A model generated the notes under the pieces. It worked only from the letters and a program-made list of their open reading frames with translations, did no database searches and was not told the DNA's origin. A stretch of 63,998 nucleotides of DNA, filler included, from Asterionella formosa (lineage: Eukaryota), in the NCBI GenBank assembly GCA_002256025.1. It is 10 parts of 10 records of this genome, joined end to end, with 100 filler letters (N's around TTAATTAATTAA, not from the genome) between each part and the next. Parts side by side here need not be neighbours in the genome. Positions count along the whole stretch, not along the records: positions 12,968 to 19,340 come from NKIB01012723.1; positions 19,441 to 25,809 come from NKIB01012724.1; 8 more parts are not named here. One strand, given 5' to 3'. The translations under genes and the position numbers were made by a program. Below, in pieces: positions 12,968 to 25,909 of the stretch (position 1 is the first letter of the stretch; each line of letters begins with the position of its first letter).

Positions 12968-13785
12968 ATGACTACACGACTATATTTGGAAAGGAACCAA
13001 AGAAAGCCTCAACGCCGGGATTCCCGGGAACGGTCCTAAGTAAGAACCGAGGAGAGACGATCAAGAATAAGGAATATCGCTCCCTCGTTGGAAAGATACT
13101 TTACTTCGTGAAGAAAATATCGCCAGTATGCGCCAACGCATGTCGTGAATTGTCACAGCACCTCGACAACCCAGGCGAAACGCACTGGCAAGCATTGGAA
13201 CGCCTACTCGGGTATTTGTGTCTACATGGGGACATTGCATGCAGAATGAAACTACGTGCGCCCAACGAGCTACGTATACAAGATGTCGTGGACAGCGCCT
13301 TCGCCTCTAATCCTGATACACGAAAAAGTGTCAGCGGTTATTTAGGCACGATCGGAGGGTGCGCCCTAATTCACTGGATATCAAAAGGACAGGATATCGT
13401 AACGCAATCAAGCACCGAGTGTGAATATGTCGCACTCAGTAACGGCTCAAAGGAAACTGTCTTCGCAACGAATCTACTGGGCGAAATAACCACTATCGTG
13501 ATGCCTAGTCTAATGGGTGAGGACAATACCGGTGCGATTTATTTAACGAAAAATCATCAGGTCGGGGCACGTACAAAACACATCGACGTTAGATACCACT
13601 ATGTACGAGAACAAGTCGAAAACGGAACGATTAAGGTTGACTACGTCAATACGGAAAAGAATCCAGCAGATGTTCTAACTAAAAATGTCACGGACAAGAT
13701 TATGAACATGCACGGATATGCGATCCAAAACGGGATGATGGATTGTTGGAACAAGGAGAGTGTTAAAGTGAGCTCATCTACGTAG
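12968..13785 (+). mobile_element. Copia pol C-terminus (end of RT plus RNase H), frame intact
   Basis: YRSLVGKILY...DSAFASNPDTRKSVSG...WISKGQ..VTQSSTECEYVALS...EDNTGAI...RTKHIDVRYH...NPADVLTKN. The stop codon lies inside the LTR. Confidence 0.92.
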
Positions 13786-14181
13786 TTAGGACTCGGAGTC
13801 AAACGAGTCAAACGATTCGAATGAGTCAACTTTGATGTACCAAGCTCTCATCAACCACACATTATACTTTGCTACTCCGACTATAATGAGCCGGACAACA
13901 TAAGCTATTTCGGAAGACCGATAGTTTGAAATGAATGATCATGGTTAAATACCTATGATCAGTAAGTGTGAGATAGACATGGGTCTATCTATGATTGTAT
14001 GTTCCTAGAAATGCAAACAGCATTTGGAGAATAGTTCGTTTGTTTTGTTCAAACAGAACAACCTAAACTAGATTAGTAAACTCACAATAAGAATATAGAA
14101 ACGGAAAGAGAAACGAACGTCTCTATCTATAGTCTTCTTTGTCTAACGATATAGATCTATACAAAAGGTAATACTTTAACA
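13761..14181 (+). mobile_element. Copia 3' LTR (421 bp)
   Basis: Follows the purine tract ggaacaaggagag. Ends TGTTAAAGT...ACTTTAACA. A near-identical inverted copy lies at 39778-40198. Confidence 0.92.
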
Positions 14182-16199
14182 GAGATAATCCATGGATTTG
14201 CTTGTATAAAACATGCACGGAAGAAAAACATGAATATGGTTAGCTGTGTTAGTATGATAATTTGCTCCGTGTAGAATTTCTACGCCAGAGGAACAGGAAC
14301 AGGAGTCAGAACAGGAACAAGGTTAGTAGTGTTAGTAACTTTAATTTCATGGGCCTTATGTTTGACCGTTGTTTCACATCCCATGCATGGCCGACTGCAT
14401 TAAAAAGCATGTGCCCTGCCATTACCATTGAGTATAAAATCATCATCTACAAATTGGCGCTTGAAATGGTTGTATTCTTGATGCATCACAGGACTGCATT
14501 TAGCGATGCGAAGACGATCTTTTGTTGAAATCGACACTAGTCACGCTTATTTTCTTGATGCATCATGGGATTTTCTTCAACTTCAACTATTCATATACGA
14601 TTTTGTGTTAGAAAATTGACACCAGGCACGCGCGTTCTCTCGACATAACACGATTGCCTTCAGCGATGCGAAGTCGATTTCGGCTTATGGTTAAACTCAT
14701 AATTGAGGATGTGCTTGAGTTGATCTTTGAATGATTGTTGACTCTCCAAGTAAGTCAAAACCAAGCAAATCAATTATTTTGTGTTCTTTTCATTGTTCCA
14801 TTCAAACAATTATTGCCACGCATTGTCAATCAAGCAAAATGATGACAATCAACCTCAAATCTTCCTTGGCGGAAACCTCTTGATCTTCCGAATGAGTTAT
14901 CATGAGTTTTAGGAACTTCCTTAAGGTCTTGAGACAGGCAGCGACATTCATCAACAGCACGTCGAACGGTTTTATCGAGTTTTATCAGAAAATCTTCAGC
15001 GGCCGATGCCGACTTTCAAAGGAACATGTCATGAGTACAATAATGCTTCAGCCACCTCAGCATGATTTTGTAGCGACTGTCATAGGACTGAGCATCTGAA
15101 TGCATTACAATGCTCATTAAAAAACAAGTTCCCTTTATCCTGACTATTTATAGAGTGGACCTACACCCCTCCTTTGTCCGAAAAATGTATTTAAGCATAT
15201 GGAAAGGGTGTCTAATGATGAAAGCTCCGTTGAGCGTTATACATGTCTATTTTTTACGTGAAAAGTATGTATTTGATTAGTCTGACTCAATATTCTTTTA
15301 TTAAACCTACCTCGAGCTAGGGGTTCAAATGCAGGATACCTTAAACAAACAAGCTAACAATATGTGCAAAATACATATGTACACAGCGGCTATAGCAAGG
15401 GCACCAGCATGTATGACTAAAATTCGTTCTATGTTTCTTTTTATTGAATAGAACTATTGTAATTGTTACAATTCACGTTGAACAAACAGTTTGCTGTGGT
15501 TCTAATGGTGCCTCAAATGTGTTCTTGCGCCGAAATTTGAGCAAACAAGAGCAAAAATAAAGTTGAGTGGTATCATTGGAAAACCGTGTTTGGTTGCTTT
15601 GTCTGCTTCCCAAATCCACCATCAGTCAATTTTACAAATTACTTTGTTGCTTGCATCCCGAATCATGTTGCGATATTTCTCGAGATCCATTTTGCTCCGT
15701 TTTTCTCAATCAATTAAGGGCATATTGCAATCAAACAATTTGTAGTGAAGCTGTCTTTCGCAGTACTCTATCCTCTAAAACAATTTATCTTGAATTTTTA
15801 AAATTTTTACTTGTACCATCAACTAGTCCTGCCTTGGAGATAACCGTTTGATTGTGAACCATCACATGAAACCATGACAGGTAATCTTGTTCAGTATAAT
15901 GGTAAATATTATTTACGTGAAGTGCACAACCTCAAAATATAGGATGAATTAAGACACCACAAATATCCTTACTATTTCACAATGGAAGATCCATGTCGTA
16001 AATGAATGAGCCTTAAGAGCAGGACTTAGTTGAACTTTGAAATGAATTATTTGAATCATCAACTAATTCAGTCTTGAGTTCAAAGTTCTTTGTGAAATCT
16101 TCACATGAAACCATTACAACTTCACATCAAACCGTTAAGTAAACTTTTTACGTGAAGAGTAGCATTAATGCGAGTACCACACAATTAACACTACTACAT

Positions 16200-18290
16200 A
16201 GAAATAATTTCGAAAAGTGGCATATTTCACAGCTTATATCTATCTTGTGAGCTTTTATTGTTGTAGTCAGAAACAGTAAAGTTGATGCAATCCCAAACAA
16301 TTCTGCTTGTGTGGATCTATTTGCTTGTATGTCTCCATCCACTGGGCCTGAGCATATCGCAATAGTTTCCTGTATAGTGTCGCATATCCTGGATAGTCAA
16401 AGGCACCGACCGAAAGAGCATCTCCCATCCTCTTGCATGGAGCCGTCTGCTGTTGCTATTTGATTGATAGTCCCAATTTTAAATGATGGTAGCTGGGCTT
16501 CTCCTGACTTTGTAAAGTGTAGATGCTCCAGCAGACGAAAATGATAGTAGGGTTATTCTTTGATGATGACCTTGTATGTTTGCTGTGTTGGAGCTAGAAG
16601 GAGTCCAGTGCGTTCCCGTTGCCTGAATTGTATTCTCCCGGTCTTGAGGAAATCGCAGGGAAGACTATCTATCGGTGGGCTCCCTTGCCTCTTTTCGCTT
16701 CCAATACTGATGTCAACTTTCAGTATAGTGGGTTGGTGTGAGATGTCCCTGCGAGTGAGCCAGACCCCTATGTCTCTTGTATATGTCCACAGTGTCTTCG
16801 TTTGTGTGTGAATTTTTGAGTCCCATTCCATTGATGGTTTTGTGTTCCATTTTCCTAGCCTTGTTTTAAATCCCTGCTTGAGAAGGTGTTTGCTGAGGGC
16901 CTCGAACCAGTCTTGCTTCTGTATTGCAGTAGATTCAGGTTGTCTTGGCCATTCCCATCTTGAGTCGGTGTGCCACACGTTGGCATTGCATTATTTCAGG
17001 TCTGATTTCCGTTCCATCTGCTGTCGAAATATCCGAAATTGTTGATACCCTTTGAGGTACATTCTGCACTCGTTTATATGGTATTGCTTGTATTGCTCAC
17101 TCCCTTTTTGATGAGTGCTGTCATTATCATTTCGTCATTCTGTCATGATGTGTGGGGCGACCACTGATTGCTGGTTTCTATTTGTAGGTTGTGTTTTTCC
17201 ATGAAATTACTTGTATCTGTGACCCATGATTTTGTGATGTATGGCATGTGAATCTCCGGATGTAATACTAGGAGATGTTCTTCTTGTCCGGATTCCAGTT
17301 GTGCTATTCTAAGCGAGATGTCCATCAGTTTAGCCACCTCATTGTCAGCGTAGTATTTATGTACAGGAAGCCATCCACTGCACAGATACCCTGCTCCACT
17401 GTGAGGTCTACCATGCTTAGAGCTCCTCTCTCCTGGGGGCCATCCACTGATGCCTTTGGGAGATTTTGATTGAATCCCATTTTTGCTAGGTTCGCTCTGC
17501 GGGCCTTTTTTGAATGCTTTCTAGTTGTTGGCCGGACATACCGGTGATGAGTAGCAAGTATGTCATCTGAGGTACCCATACGATCCTATGGGCTTGGTGT
17601 GAATCCTGCCTTTGAAGTCGATGCGACATTGTGAGGACTGCAAGTGTATTGCTTTTGATTTTCAGTCTCTCTCCCTCATCTTTTCACTACCCTGATGGAC
17701 TTGTCGAAATGCCTAGTGACTTATTGCTGAGATTTGGTGCTCTGTGTTTGATTCTTGTCTTGGTAGTTTCTCGGCCCGAGCAGCTCTATTTCAGTTTTGA
17801 ATAGATTCCTGGAGTTGTTTCATAAAATCCGGTGTCTACTAATGAGTCCATGGCTCGCAACCTAGACATTTGCGGTTATCCCAGGGAGTCCCAGTACCAT
17901 TGGATCAGCTGGTAGTGGCGCTTTGATAGTTCTAGGGCGCCTCCGGACGCAAACAGCAGTGTCTCCCACAGTTGAGCACATTTGTAAGTGTAGTTGTCAT
18001 ACAGGGGAGATCCATGGGATCTTGTCCTGTGGGCCAAGTGAAACCCAGGGATGTATCATCAACAAATGCGTCTGCCTGAGGTTGCGAAAATAATGTTTTG
18101 TAGGATCCTGAAATTGTAGACTATGCGTGGTGTTTTGTGCATATGCTGTTTGTAACGCTATACAGATGGAGAGCCAGATTGCTGGTGATGCTCCACTTCC
18201 TTGGCCTATTCCCGCCAGTGCTTCTCGCTTCCTGTGTAATGGCCTGTGGAGTTGCCATACCCTGTCTTTATCATGTACTTCATCGGGGAA
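16200..18290 (-). mobile_element. Degraded LINE: RT plus RNase H region
   Basis: AGIGQGSGASPAIW, DAFVDDTSLG, QLWETLLFASGGALELSK, LRIAQLESG...YITKSWV, then RNase H-like ATADGS...GPVDG...STQAELFGI. Multiple stops. Confidence 0.82.
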
Positions 18291-18320
18291 TGGCTTAGTG
18301 GTTAGCACACCTGTTGCAGT

Positions 18321-19340
18321 GGCAATTCCCGCTCCAGCTATCGTCTTGCCATTCGGGTACTTCTAAGTAATTTTTACGCTCTAAGTAATTTCTTAAGTAA
18401 TTTTTCTTTAAGGGCAATATGGGGCACATCGAATTTTTCGGCAATAAAATTGCCGATTTTAGCATGACAACCAGAATATCGGTAATATGCATAGAGATGG
18501 TACAACAAGCGTAAAACACACGAGAATGATTGTAACATGCAACATCAATGAAAATTGATCATGATGTTTGGAGCAACCAAAGTATGAAATGCGATGTAAT
18601 AAGTAGCATCAAATGAGAAATAGAAAAAATTGTTTTGGGTTAGAAATGAAATAAAAAATAAGAGTTCTAATGGAGACGTATGCATTGTGAATCATTGTAG
18701 TACTTACACAGGCAACATTGACTTTCCATCAGCACCACACAATCGAAGACCGAAAGGAGAAGAAAAAAAGCCCAACCCAATGTAGACCTGCATCGTTATT
18801 TAGCGTCAACGGTCTGGTTGCTGCAACCATACGCATCGCTGTAGTAGCCTGACACCAGTAGCAGTATTTCCGCCACAGTCATTCCTCTCCGCCCAGTAGA
18901 TGCACCAAACAGGCAACCCTGATCATTCCATTCTGAGCAAGCATGATCGCCACGCTGCTCCAGCACTATTGACTCTCTCTAGCTGAGTATTCATGTAGCT
19001 TCTGATACGAACTTGCAGTAGAAATGTAGCAAAGCGTGTTAGTACAAGAAAAGCATTGCTTGGCGGCAATATTGACATCATTGTCAATGACTATACAAAT
19101 CAACAACGGCAATCTTCAATGAGTAGTCATTGATAAATGCATTGGTTCTTATGTAGATATGTACAATCGAAACAAAACGACAGTGCGTAATGACAAACAA
19201 CGATGGAAGCGATCAAAACAAACCACGGAAGCAATCAAATCGGAAAGTCGATAAATACGATCTACAATCCACATTCAGTGTTTCACTGTTGTACTTACCA
19301 ATCCGCTTCAACTAGCATAACAAGCAGCAGACGATGGGAT
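18321..19340 (+). repeat. Interspersed repeat (putative non-autonomous DNA element), second copy at 59892-61231
   Basis: Colinear similarity from ggcaattcccgctccagctatcgtcttgccattcgggta to agcagcagacgatggg. Confidence 0.85.
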
Positions 19341-19440
19341 NNNNNNNNNNNNNNNNNNNNNNNNNNNNNNNNNNNNNNNNNNNNTTAATTAATTAANNNN
19401 NNNNNNNNNNNNNNNNNNNNNNNNNNNNNNNNNNNNNNNN
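19341..19440. other. Artificial contig spacer
   Basis: N44-TTAATTAATTAA-N44. Confidence 0.98.
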
Positions 19441-19914
19441 TACCGGATTCGGCCTAGAATAGCCGAAAAGCTGTGTTCCTTAACTAATCCTAGCACGTGA
19501 CAAGACAAGGCCATGGAAAGGGCGACTTCAGTCATTTTTAGAATAAATAAGCACCGTCAAGAGGAATTTTTTACTCCAATGCTTCACAAGACATGCCGGA
19601 TTTTATGTAAGATTCCTACATAGCTAATAGGACTACCGGTATATTGCTTGATAGGTCCGGTAGCACACCTTTTCAGTTTCGATGCACTCCAAATGGGCCA
19701 TCTCATGCCTGCCTGACAAGATAGGCCAGCTTTCGATGAAAATAACATTCCTTAAGCAATTTAGGAAAACATTACTCTTATTGACCAATGATGATTTGCA
19801 GAGTCAGTCTCTGAACAGGACTTGGATTTGCTGACTGAGGATGAATGGGTTCATCAACCCATCTTCTAGCTTCGGAATCCACATAGGAATTCTTGTACCT
19901 TTCTATGTTCATGA

Positions 19915-20025
19915 ATTGCTGACAATGACTAGAATTTGCTGACTACAACCACTAGAACTTGCTGACTACAACTAGAATTTGCTGACAACAACCAAAATTT
20001 GCTGACAACGACTAGAACTGGCAAA
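19915..20025 (+). repeat. ~21-bp tandem repeat (ctagaa(t/c)ttgctgac(a/t)ac(g/a)a) of a dispersed family
   Basis: About five units; the same unit occurs at 25730-25809 and inverted at 32140-32225. Confidence 0.75.
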
Positions 20026-20029
20026 TGAG

Positions 20030-20875
20030 AATAGATTTTCTGAATGACCCTTAGTTGTGAATATCCTTCTCCTAAACAAGGCAACGGAAATCTTCGAAAC
20101 AATTCAATCCTGCCTGCATGATGCAAACCCAATCGTCTTTAGCTTTGAATCCAATCACCTGAAGCACATGGTCAACGCCCACCAACTTCAATGGTGGCCT
20201 TTTGTTCACAATTGGAGCAAGCAACTGCCAATTCAGCCACGTTGTTGTTCTGTGACAATATATGTATAATGTTAGTACTAGGTGAGGGGCTTCACATGCA
20301 TTTCGCTAATACCTGGCAAAATGATCAATCTTGCTTTGGACGGTTGCTGCACTATGGATCAAGAAGGATCGCATTTCTTTATCCTTTCTTGTCTTGTCAT
20401 GCGCTTCCAGAGCCTGCCTTCAGCCATCAATTATGAATCCGGAGATATCGACACATTAGCAACATCGCTCGCCTTCATACACCATGACGGTTCCCTTTCA
20501 TTGATATCCCTTTCCTCGATTATCGCATTGTCTCTCTTTTCTCGCAATGGATCTAGTAAACCGTTTGAAATACGCTTTGTTAAGTCTAATTGGGTGACTT
20601 ACTCTCTCAAAAACTCAAAAAAAGTAAAAGTAAAAGGGTAAAGGTACAGAAAGGATTATCATGAAATAAGTGAGCTTAAACAAACGCTTACACTATCGCT
20701 ACTAACAAACGCATGGTTTCATTCTATCGCTAACGCCTGATTGGCGTGACGACTTGCTAGTCACTGTGTATAACGGCTAGTCACTGCTATACCATACCAC
20801 TGTGTACGTCAAGGCAGTCGTAATTGTTCAATCAGTCATCATTTCTTTAAAAACCTACTCGAGTATTGTCAGACA
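20030..20875 (-). mobile_element. Copia 5' LTR (~20578-20875) plus degraded gag start
   Basis: The minus strand reads TGTCTGACA...ACTTAACA, then aagcgtatttcaaacgg. Downstream VDHVLQVIGF...IMQAGLNCFEDFRCLV.EKDI resembles diatom Copia gag N-termini. Confidence 0.5.
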
Positions 20876-21059
20876 TGCATAGCATGATGGCAGCTTTAAG
20901 TACTTTTATGGTATTTGTCTGCACACTTTCTGCATCAATGTTTTCATCAAATGTAGAGAACTTCTCAGACCAGAAGAGCGTCATACAGTGGTGGCGAATC
21001 GATAATCTTCCAATGAAACTGATTTTCACAAGAGTATAGGGATCTGAATATAGCTGATG

Positions 21060-21210
21060 AGAAATTTTACCAGCTTCCTCTCCAAATACGGGGCCCTCAA
21101 TGCAGTGCACTTTTTCTTTCATTGATGCATTAAGGTATGCATTTCTGTCATCTCCACATGCACGAGCAATACAACAACAAAACATTCGGATTTATGACAT
21201 CATTTTGCAT
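21060..21210 (-). mobile_element. Copia RT fragment
   Basis: ACGDDRNAYLNASMKEKVHCIEGPVFGEEAGKI resembles CoDi RT D.GNAYLNA...EK....GPEFG. Confidence 0.6.
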
Positions 21211-21285
21211 GAAACAACTGGAGCTGACTTTGTCCTTTCCAAGTGAATCCTTCAGTTGCATCGAAAGGAGTACTGAGAAAGAGAT

Positions 21286-21714
21286 NNNNNNNNNNNNNNN
21301 NNNNNNNNNNNNNNNNNNNNNNNNNNNNNNNNNNNNNNNNNNNNNNNNNNNNNNNNNNNNNNNNNNNNNNNNNNNNNNNNNNNNNNNNNNNNNNNNNNNN
21401 NNNNNNNNNNNNNNNNNNNNNNNNNNNNNNNNNNNNNNNNNNNNNNNNNNNNNNNNNNNNNNNNNNNNNNNNNNNNNNNNNNNNNNNNNNNNNNNNNNNN
21501 NNNNNNNNNNNNNNNNNNNNNNNNNNNNNNNNNNNNNNNNNNNNNNNNNNNNNNNNNNNNNNNNNNNNNNNNNNNNNNNNNNNNNNNNNNNNNNNNNNNN
21601 NNNNNNNNNNNNNNNNNNNNNNNNNNNNNNNNNNNNNNNNNNNNNNNNNNNNNNNNNNNNNNNNNNNNNNNNNNNNNNNNNNNNNNNNNNNNNNNNNNNN
21701 NNNNNNNNNNNNNN
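21286..21714. other. Scaffold gap (N run)
   Basis: 429 N with no spacer motif. Confidence 0.97.
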
Positions 21715-22019
21715 TGGACATCGACTCAGTGATGTCCCTGCACATATGCTATACAAACTAAATACAGAATGATTTGAGTGACAAGATATGCATATCCAAG
21801 CAAGACACATTGAAAAATTTGAAAGAATACATTACTGTATGATCATATGAAACAAAAAAGACAGTTTATTATGATCAATAGCATACAATCACAGGCACAT
21901 AGCCAAAATTTTGAGAATTTTAAGTGTATACATTACTGAATGATCATATAAATCATAAAATGACGACTTATTAAATCAATATGCATTACTATTACATAGT
22001 ATGTACCCTTTGACAGCAC

Positions 22020-22535
22020 TATAGACCAATACAGAGTCAAACTTGAATTGCAAAATATCCTCATCTTGAATTCAAACTTATGACCTTGTATTGGGGTGTG
22101 ACATAGTACACCGCCAAAACCCAATATTATAGGGTCAACCTTGAATTGCAAAATATCCTCCTTCTTATATTCAAACTTATGACCTTGTATTGGGGTGTGA
22201 CATAGTACCACTGAAAAAACCCAATACAGGGGCAACCTTAAATTGCAAAATATCATTACCATGAATGATTGGAACTTATCACCTTGTATTGGGACATGAC
22301 GAAGTATATGGGAAACTCCATACAGGGGCTACCTTGAATTACAAAATGTTACCACCTTGTATTGTTGGGAAATAAACAAAGGCCAATACAGGGAATACCT
22401 TGCATTGGATGATATTTTCACAACAAATAAAGGAACACCTTGAATTGGAGTGATACCCTGGAATTGTTTGCACCTTGTATATTGGACTTGACATACTGAC
22501 CTTGGCCAATGTTGACCAAATTGCCAATACAGGCA
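22020..22535. repeat. Tandem array of ~97-bp units, each containing an inverted-repeat hairpin
   Basis: Units ttgaattgcaaaatatcct...ccttgtattggg...cccaatacaggg; about five copies, progressively degenerate. Confidence 0.75.
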
Positions 22536-22867
22536 GGGTACTTTCATTTCCTGTCAAAGTTTCCAAATATTTTCCATACTCTTTCATTTCCCATAACGCT
22601 GTCTATAAGAGAGCAGTGCCTATTCTTTGCTTTGTAACATGGTATATATTCAGGATGATTCAATTTTGAATTGTCAACCACTCCTGTTGTACATCACCAA
22701 AATGATCAAAGCATTCTTTTGACACCATCCATAGCGGAAATTATTGTAACGACATGCACATTTTGCGTCAATACCAACATAGCATGAATCTTTGGATTCA
22801 AAACTCCGACGAGGTGGGTACATCTGTATAATGGACATGAGAGAAGGACCACCTGGTGGTAGGCACT

Positions 22868-23010
22868 TGGTACCTGGTACCAGGTACCAGTATTCCGTGC
22901 ACCAGGGTACCCGGTATGCTTCTGTAGTCTGGGTAGGTGAATTTTGATTGAGACAATGATTCGAGTACCTGGTAATCCAGTACCATGTATTCTGGACGAA
23001 ATACCGGTGT
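22868..23010. repeat. GGTACC/CCWGG/ACCGGT low-complexity cluster
   Basis: tggtacctggtaccaggtaccagt...gggtacccggta. Confidence 0.65.
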
Positions 23011-23273
23011 AGGGAGGGTAGAATGCACAGACTGGGAAAAGCGTCCAAATAAATACTACGAAACACAGAATTGAGAGTTTAAATGGATGTCAGTTTTATA
23101 ACTACATCCTAACTTTTTCGGGTGAACTATGGAAACCTCTCGAGTGGAAACGAGAAGGAAAAAAATATGGCCCATGCGAGACTCTAAAAACTCCTGGAAT
23201 TCTTCCATGATATCCACCTCATCCCCATTCAGAGATGTACTCAGGCGACCAGCCAGAAAAAACGGAATCCTCC

Positions 23274-24530
23274 CTAGGTATCCGCCTCTTCCGCATTCAC
23301 AGGTGTGCCCAGACTACCAGAAGTTTCCTGGACGGTTTTGTCGGACTTCCTGGTAATTGGAGGCAAGCTGGTGTAGAAGTTGGGGGCTTTCGTGTTGAGT
23401 TGACTTTTCTTGGGGTGAGTTTCGAACTTTACGTCGCGCCGTCGAATATGACGACATAGTTCTGCCCTATCCTTCTCAAAGCTCGCGTGAAAATAAGCAC
23501 CTCTTGATGGGCCTCTGGCAATGAGCTCAAAGCCGTAGAGGTTCAGCTGGCGCTTGAAGCTTGACAAATGGCTTTGCTGGAAGTAGGCCGGAACAATTTC
23601 GAGGAAGAACTTGTCTGGTTTGTGAATGGAAAAGGCTTTCCCATCTTGAACAAAACTAATTACATCGCTGTGACCTGCAGCTTCAACCTCCGTTAGCAAT
23701 CGATGCAGCTTTTCAGGAAAGGGCTCTAGCATGCCTCGTTTGCCACTGGCTACAGCCACAGAATTGAGATCGTTCCTATTTCTAATCTTTGTGAGCTTTG
23801 TTGGTAAGCAGATTGAAGCAGCAAGAGATGATTCTTCAACACGAGGTGGCTCCAAAGGAGCATTTGAAGCTGCGGACAAGGTGAGTGGAGTTGATTGGTG
23901 TTGTTGCATCAATAGGGGACCCCTTCCTTGGTAAAGCATATCACCTAGCGTGAGCGGGTCATGGTGTGATCGAAACTGATATGCATGGTGCTGTTGCTGC
24001 CGCTGAACATGCTGCAAACCAAAAGCATTGGAAGAATGAAAAATGCATTGCGCTTCTTGTAGTTGACCCCATTGTGGCATACGCTGGTTATTGTTCAGTG
24101 ATGACAGAAATCTAGCACGTTGAAACAGCAGGGTGTCAGTTAAACGTGAAATATTCACATAATGACTCGGTAGTCTCGCCATGTTTGTCCTCAACGACAT
24201 GTTATGAGCTTCAAAAAGGGCGTTTTGATGCCTGCTGGCTGAAAATTCCTGCAAACTCTGATTTAGTAACCGATTGTTTATAGATGCAGGCATTAATCGC
24301 TGAAGCAAATCGGCGTAATGTTGCGCATTCAATTGCATGGCATCCCATGGAGCTAATACCGCATTATGTTCTTGTCGCATCATGCTTGCTTGTTGGCTCA
24401 AAAGGGCTAGCGACATATCACCAGTTTGGACCGACAAGGACGATTCTCGGTTTGGCGAATTCGTCATCTCCTCTGCCCTTCCAAGATTCAAGTTTGCCTT
24501 ATTCTTCTGGTAGTTCTCGTTGTTTGACAT
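23274..24530 (-). CDS. HSF: Heat-shock-factor family transcription factor (C-terminal HSF DNA-binding domain, Q/N-rich N-terminus)
   Basis: PFPEKLHRLL...DVISF..DGKAFSIHKPDKF...VPAYFQQSHLSSFKRQLNLYGF...GAYFHASF...IRRR. First ATG (MSNNEN) at 24530. Confidence 0.92.
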   Translation of the reverse strand: MSNNENYQKNKANLNLGRAEEMTNSPNRESSLSVQTGDMSLALLSQQASMMRQEHNAVLAPWDAMQLNAQHYADLLQRLMPASINNRLLNQSLQEFSASRHQNALFEAHNMSLRTNMARLPSHYVNISRLTDTLLFQRARFLSSLNNNQRMPQWGQLQEAQCIFHSSNAFGLQHVQRQQQHHAYQFRSHHDPLTLGDMLYQGRGPLLMQQHQSTPLTLSAASNAPLEPPRVEESSLAASICLPTKLTKIRNRNDLNSVAVASGKRGMLEPFPEKLHRLLTEVEAAGHSDVISFVQDGKAFSIHKPDKFFLEIVPAYFQQSHLSSFKRQLNLYGFELIARGPSRGAYFHASFEKDRAELCRHIRRRDVKFETHPKKSQLNTKAPNFYTSLPPITRKSDKTVQETSGSLGTPVNAEEADT

Positions 24531-25659
24531 GATCGGAATCGAGCAAAATCGAGGAACCTCAACGGCGGACAACCACTGGTATGTAATGGCTGTCCCCAAG
24601 AAACGATGCCACGATGCCGTGCATGTGGTAGAAAAGAAGTTTTTGAATAGCAGAACGGCGGGAAGGATGCGAAATATTGGAGGAGCTCACAACATCACAG
24701 GTGGGGAAATTGTATATGAATTTTATATTTTACGTACTACTTTTATGCATTGCCAGTATCAGGTACCGGTGTGTAAGTTCCTTCTGTCGCAGGAATATCA
24801 TACTACCGGTTCCTTCGTAGTCTGCCGATACTGTACAGGTAGTCGATTCATTTTGCTTCCTCTTCATACGCGTCATTTCATAGAGCAATGTATATGCTAA
24901 TAAAATTTTGCGTATGCTTATGAGCGTACACCTGACGTCATGCGAGATGGCGTTTTGAAATTCATCTTAAGTGGACACTATAAATGACTCATAAATTTTA
25001 ATCAGTACCGGTATATATTTCCGTTATCAGTCAGATATGGCGACACCAAATCGAACCAGCGTTCTGCTCCTACATACCGGTATGCAAACAGTACATAGGC
25101 AAATAGTTAGTATGCTGGCATACCACTGAGGGATACTACGACAAATGGTTGTGATGATGGTTTTATTTTAGATGCGGCCATGTATGTGGGCACACTTTCA
25201 AATGCCACATTCGGTACTGAAAATTCAACATCAAGAAAAGTGAGTTGGCCCCATTCTAACAATGGTACTGCATGGTAGCTCTCCGGGTTCGCGCCAAACT
25301 AGGGGGGACCAGACGATGAGATTGCTAGTACGTAGTACTGTCTTCTGTAGCAGGCTCAATGTAGCGGTACTCCTGGTAGCTCCAGTAATCAGCGCACAAA
25401 GCGCGCAGGTTGCTCGTTTTCTGGTCATCGATTCACACGCAGAAAAGGCAAGGGTACATCCCTCAAAAATTGTCGAACCCCTAAATTTTGCGCCACTCCA
25501 TTTTTCTTTAAATAATTCTTTGCGTAAACGTTAAGCCATTAGTGGTTTTATTGTCAAAATGAACTTTAAGTCAGCAATCAGTAAGTTTAAGTTAGCAGTC
25601 AGCGATTTAGGTTGAACCAAATTTTGTTTTATTCTCTATTTAACAATATTTCAATTAAT

Positions 25660-25809
25660 AGTCCATTGATATTTTCAAAATGACTCTTTTGTCAACAAAG
25701 TAATACTGATCTAATTGATGGCTACATATGACTATAGAAATTTGCTGACAACGACTATAACTTGCTGGCTACAACTAGAAATTGCAGACTACGAATAGAA
25801 CTTGCTGAC
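25660..25809 (+). repeat. Dispersed repeat with 21-bp tandem units
   Basis: Reverse complement of 32140-32275 (ccattga.attttcaaaatgactctttt...gctgacaacga). Confidence 0.7.
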
Positions 25810-25909
25810 NNNNNNNNNNNNNNNNNNNNNNNNNNNNNNNNNNNNNNNNNNNNTTAATTAATTAANNNNNNNNNNNNNNNNNNNNNNNNNNNNNNNNNNN
25901 NNNNNNNNN
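25810..25909. other. Artificial contig spacer
   Basis: N44-TTAATTAATTAA-N44. Confidence 0.98.

Noticed and set aside
21137..21810. Long ORFs spanning the N gap
   Set aside because: Artefacts of translating Ns.
24531..24599. N-terminal extension of the HSF ORF
   Set aside because: Begins at a non-ATG codon; the first ATG is at 24530.
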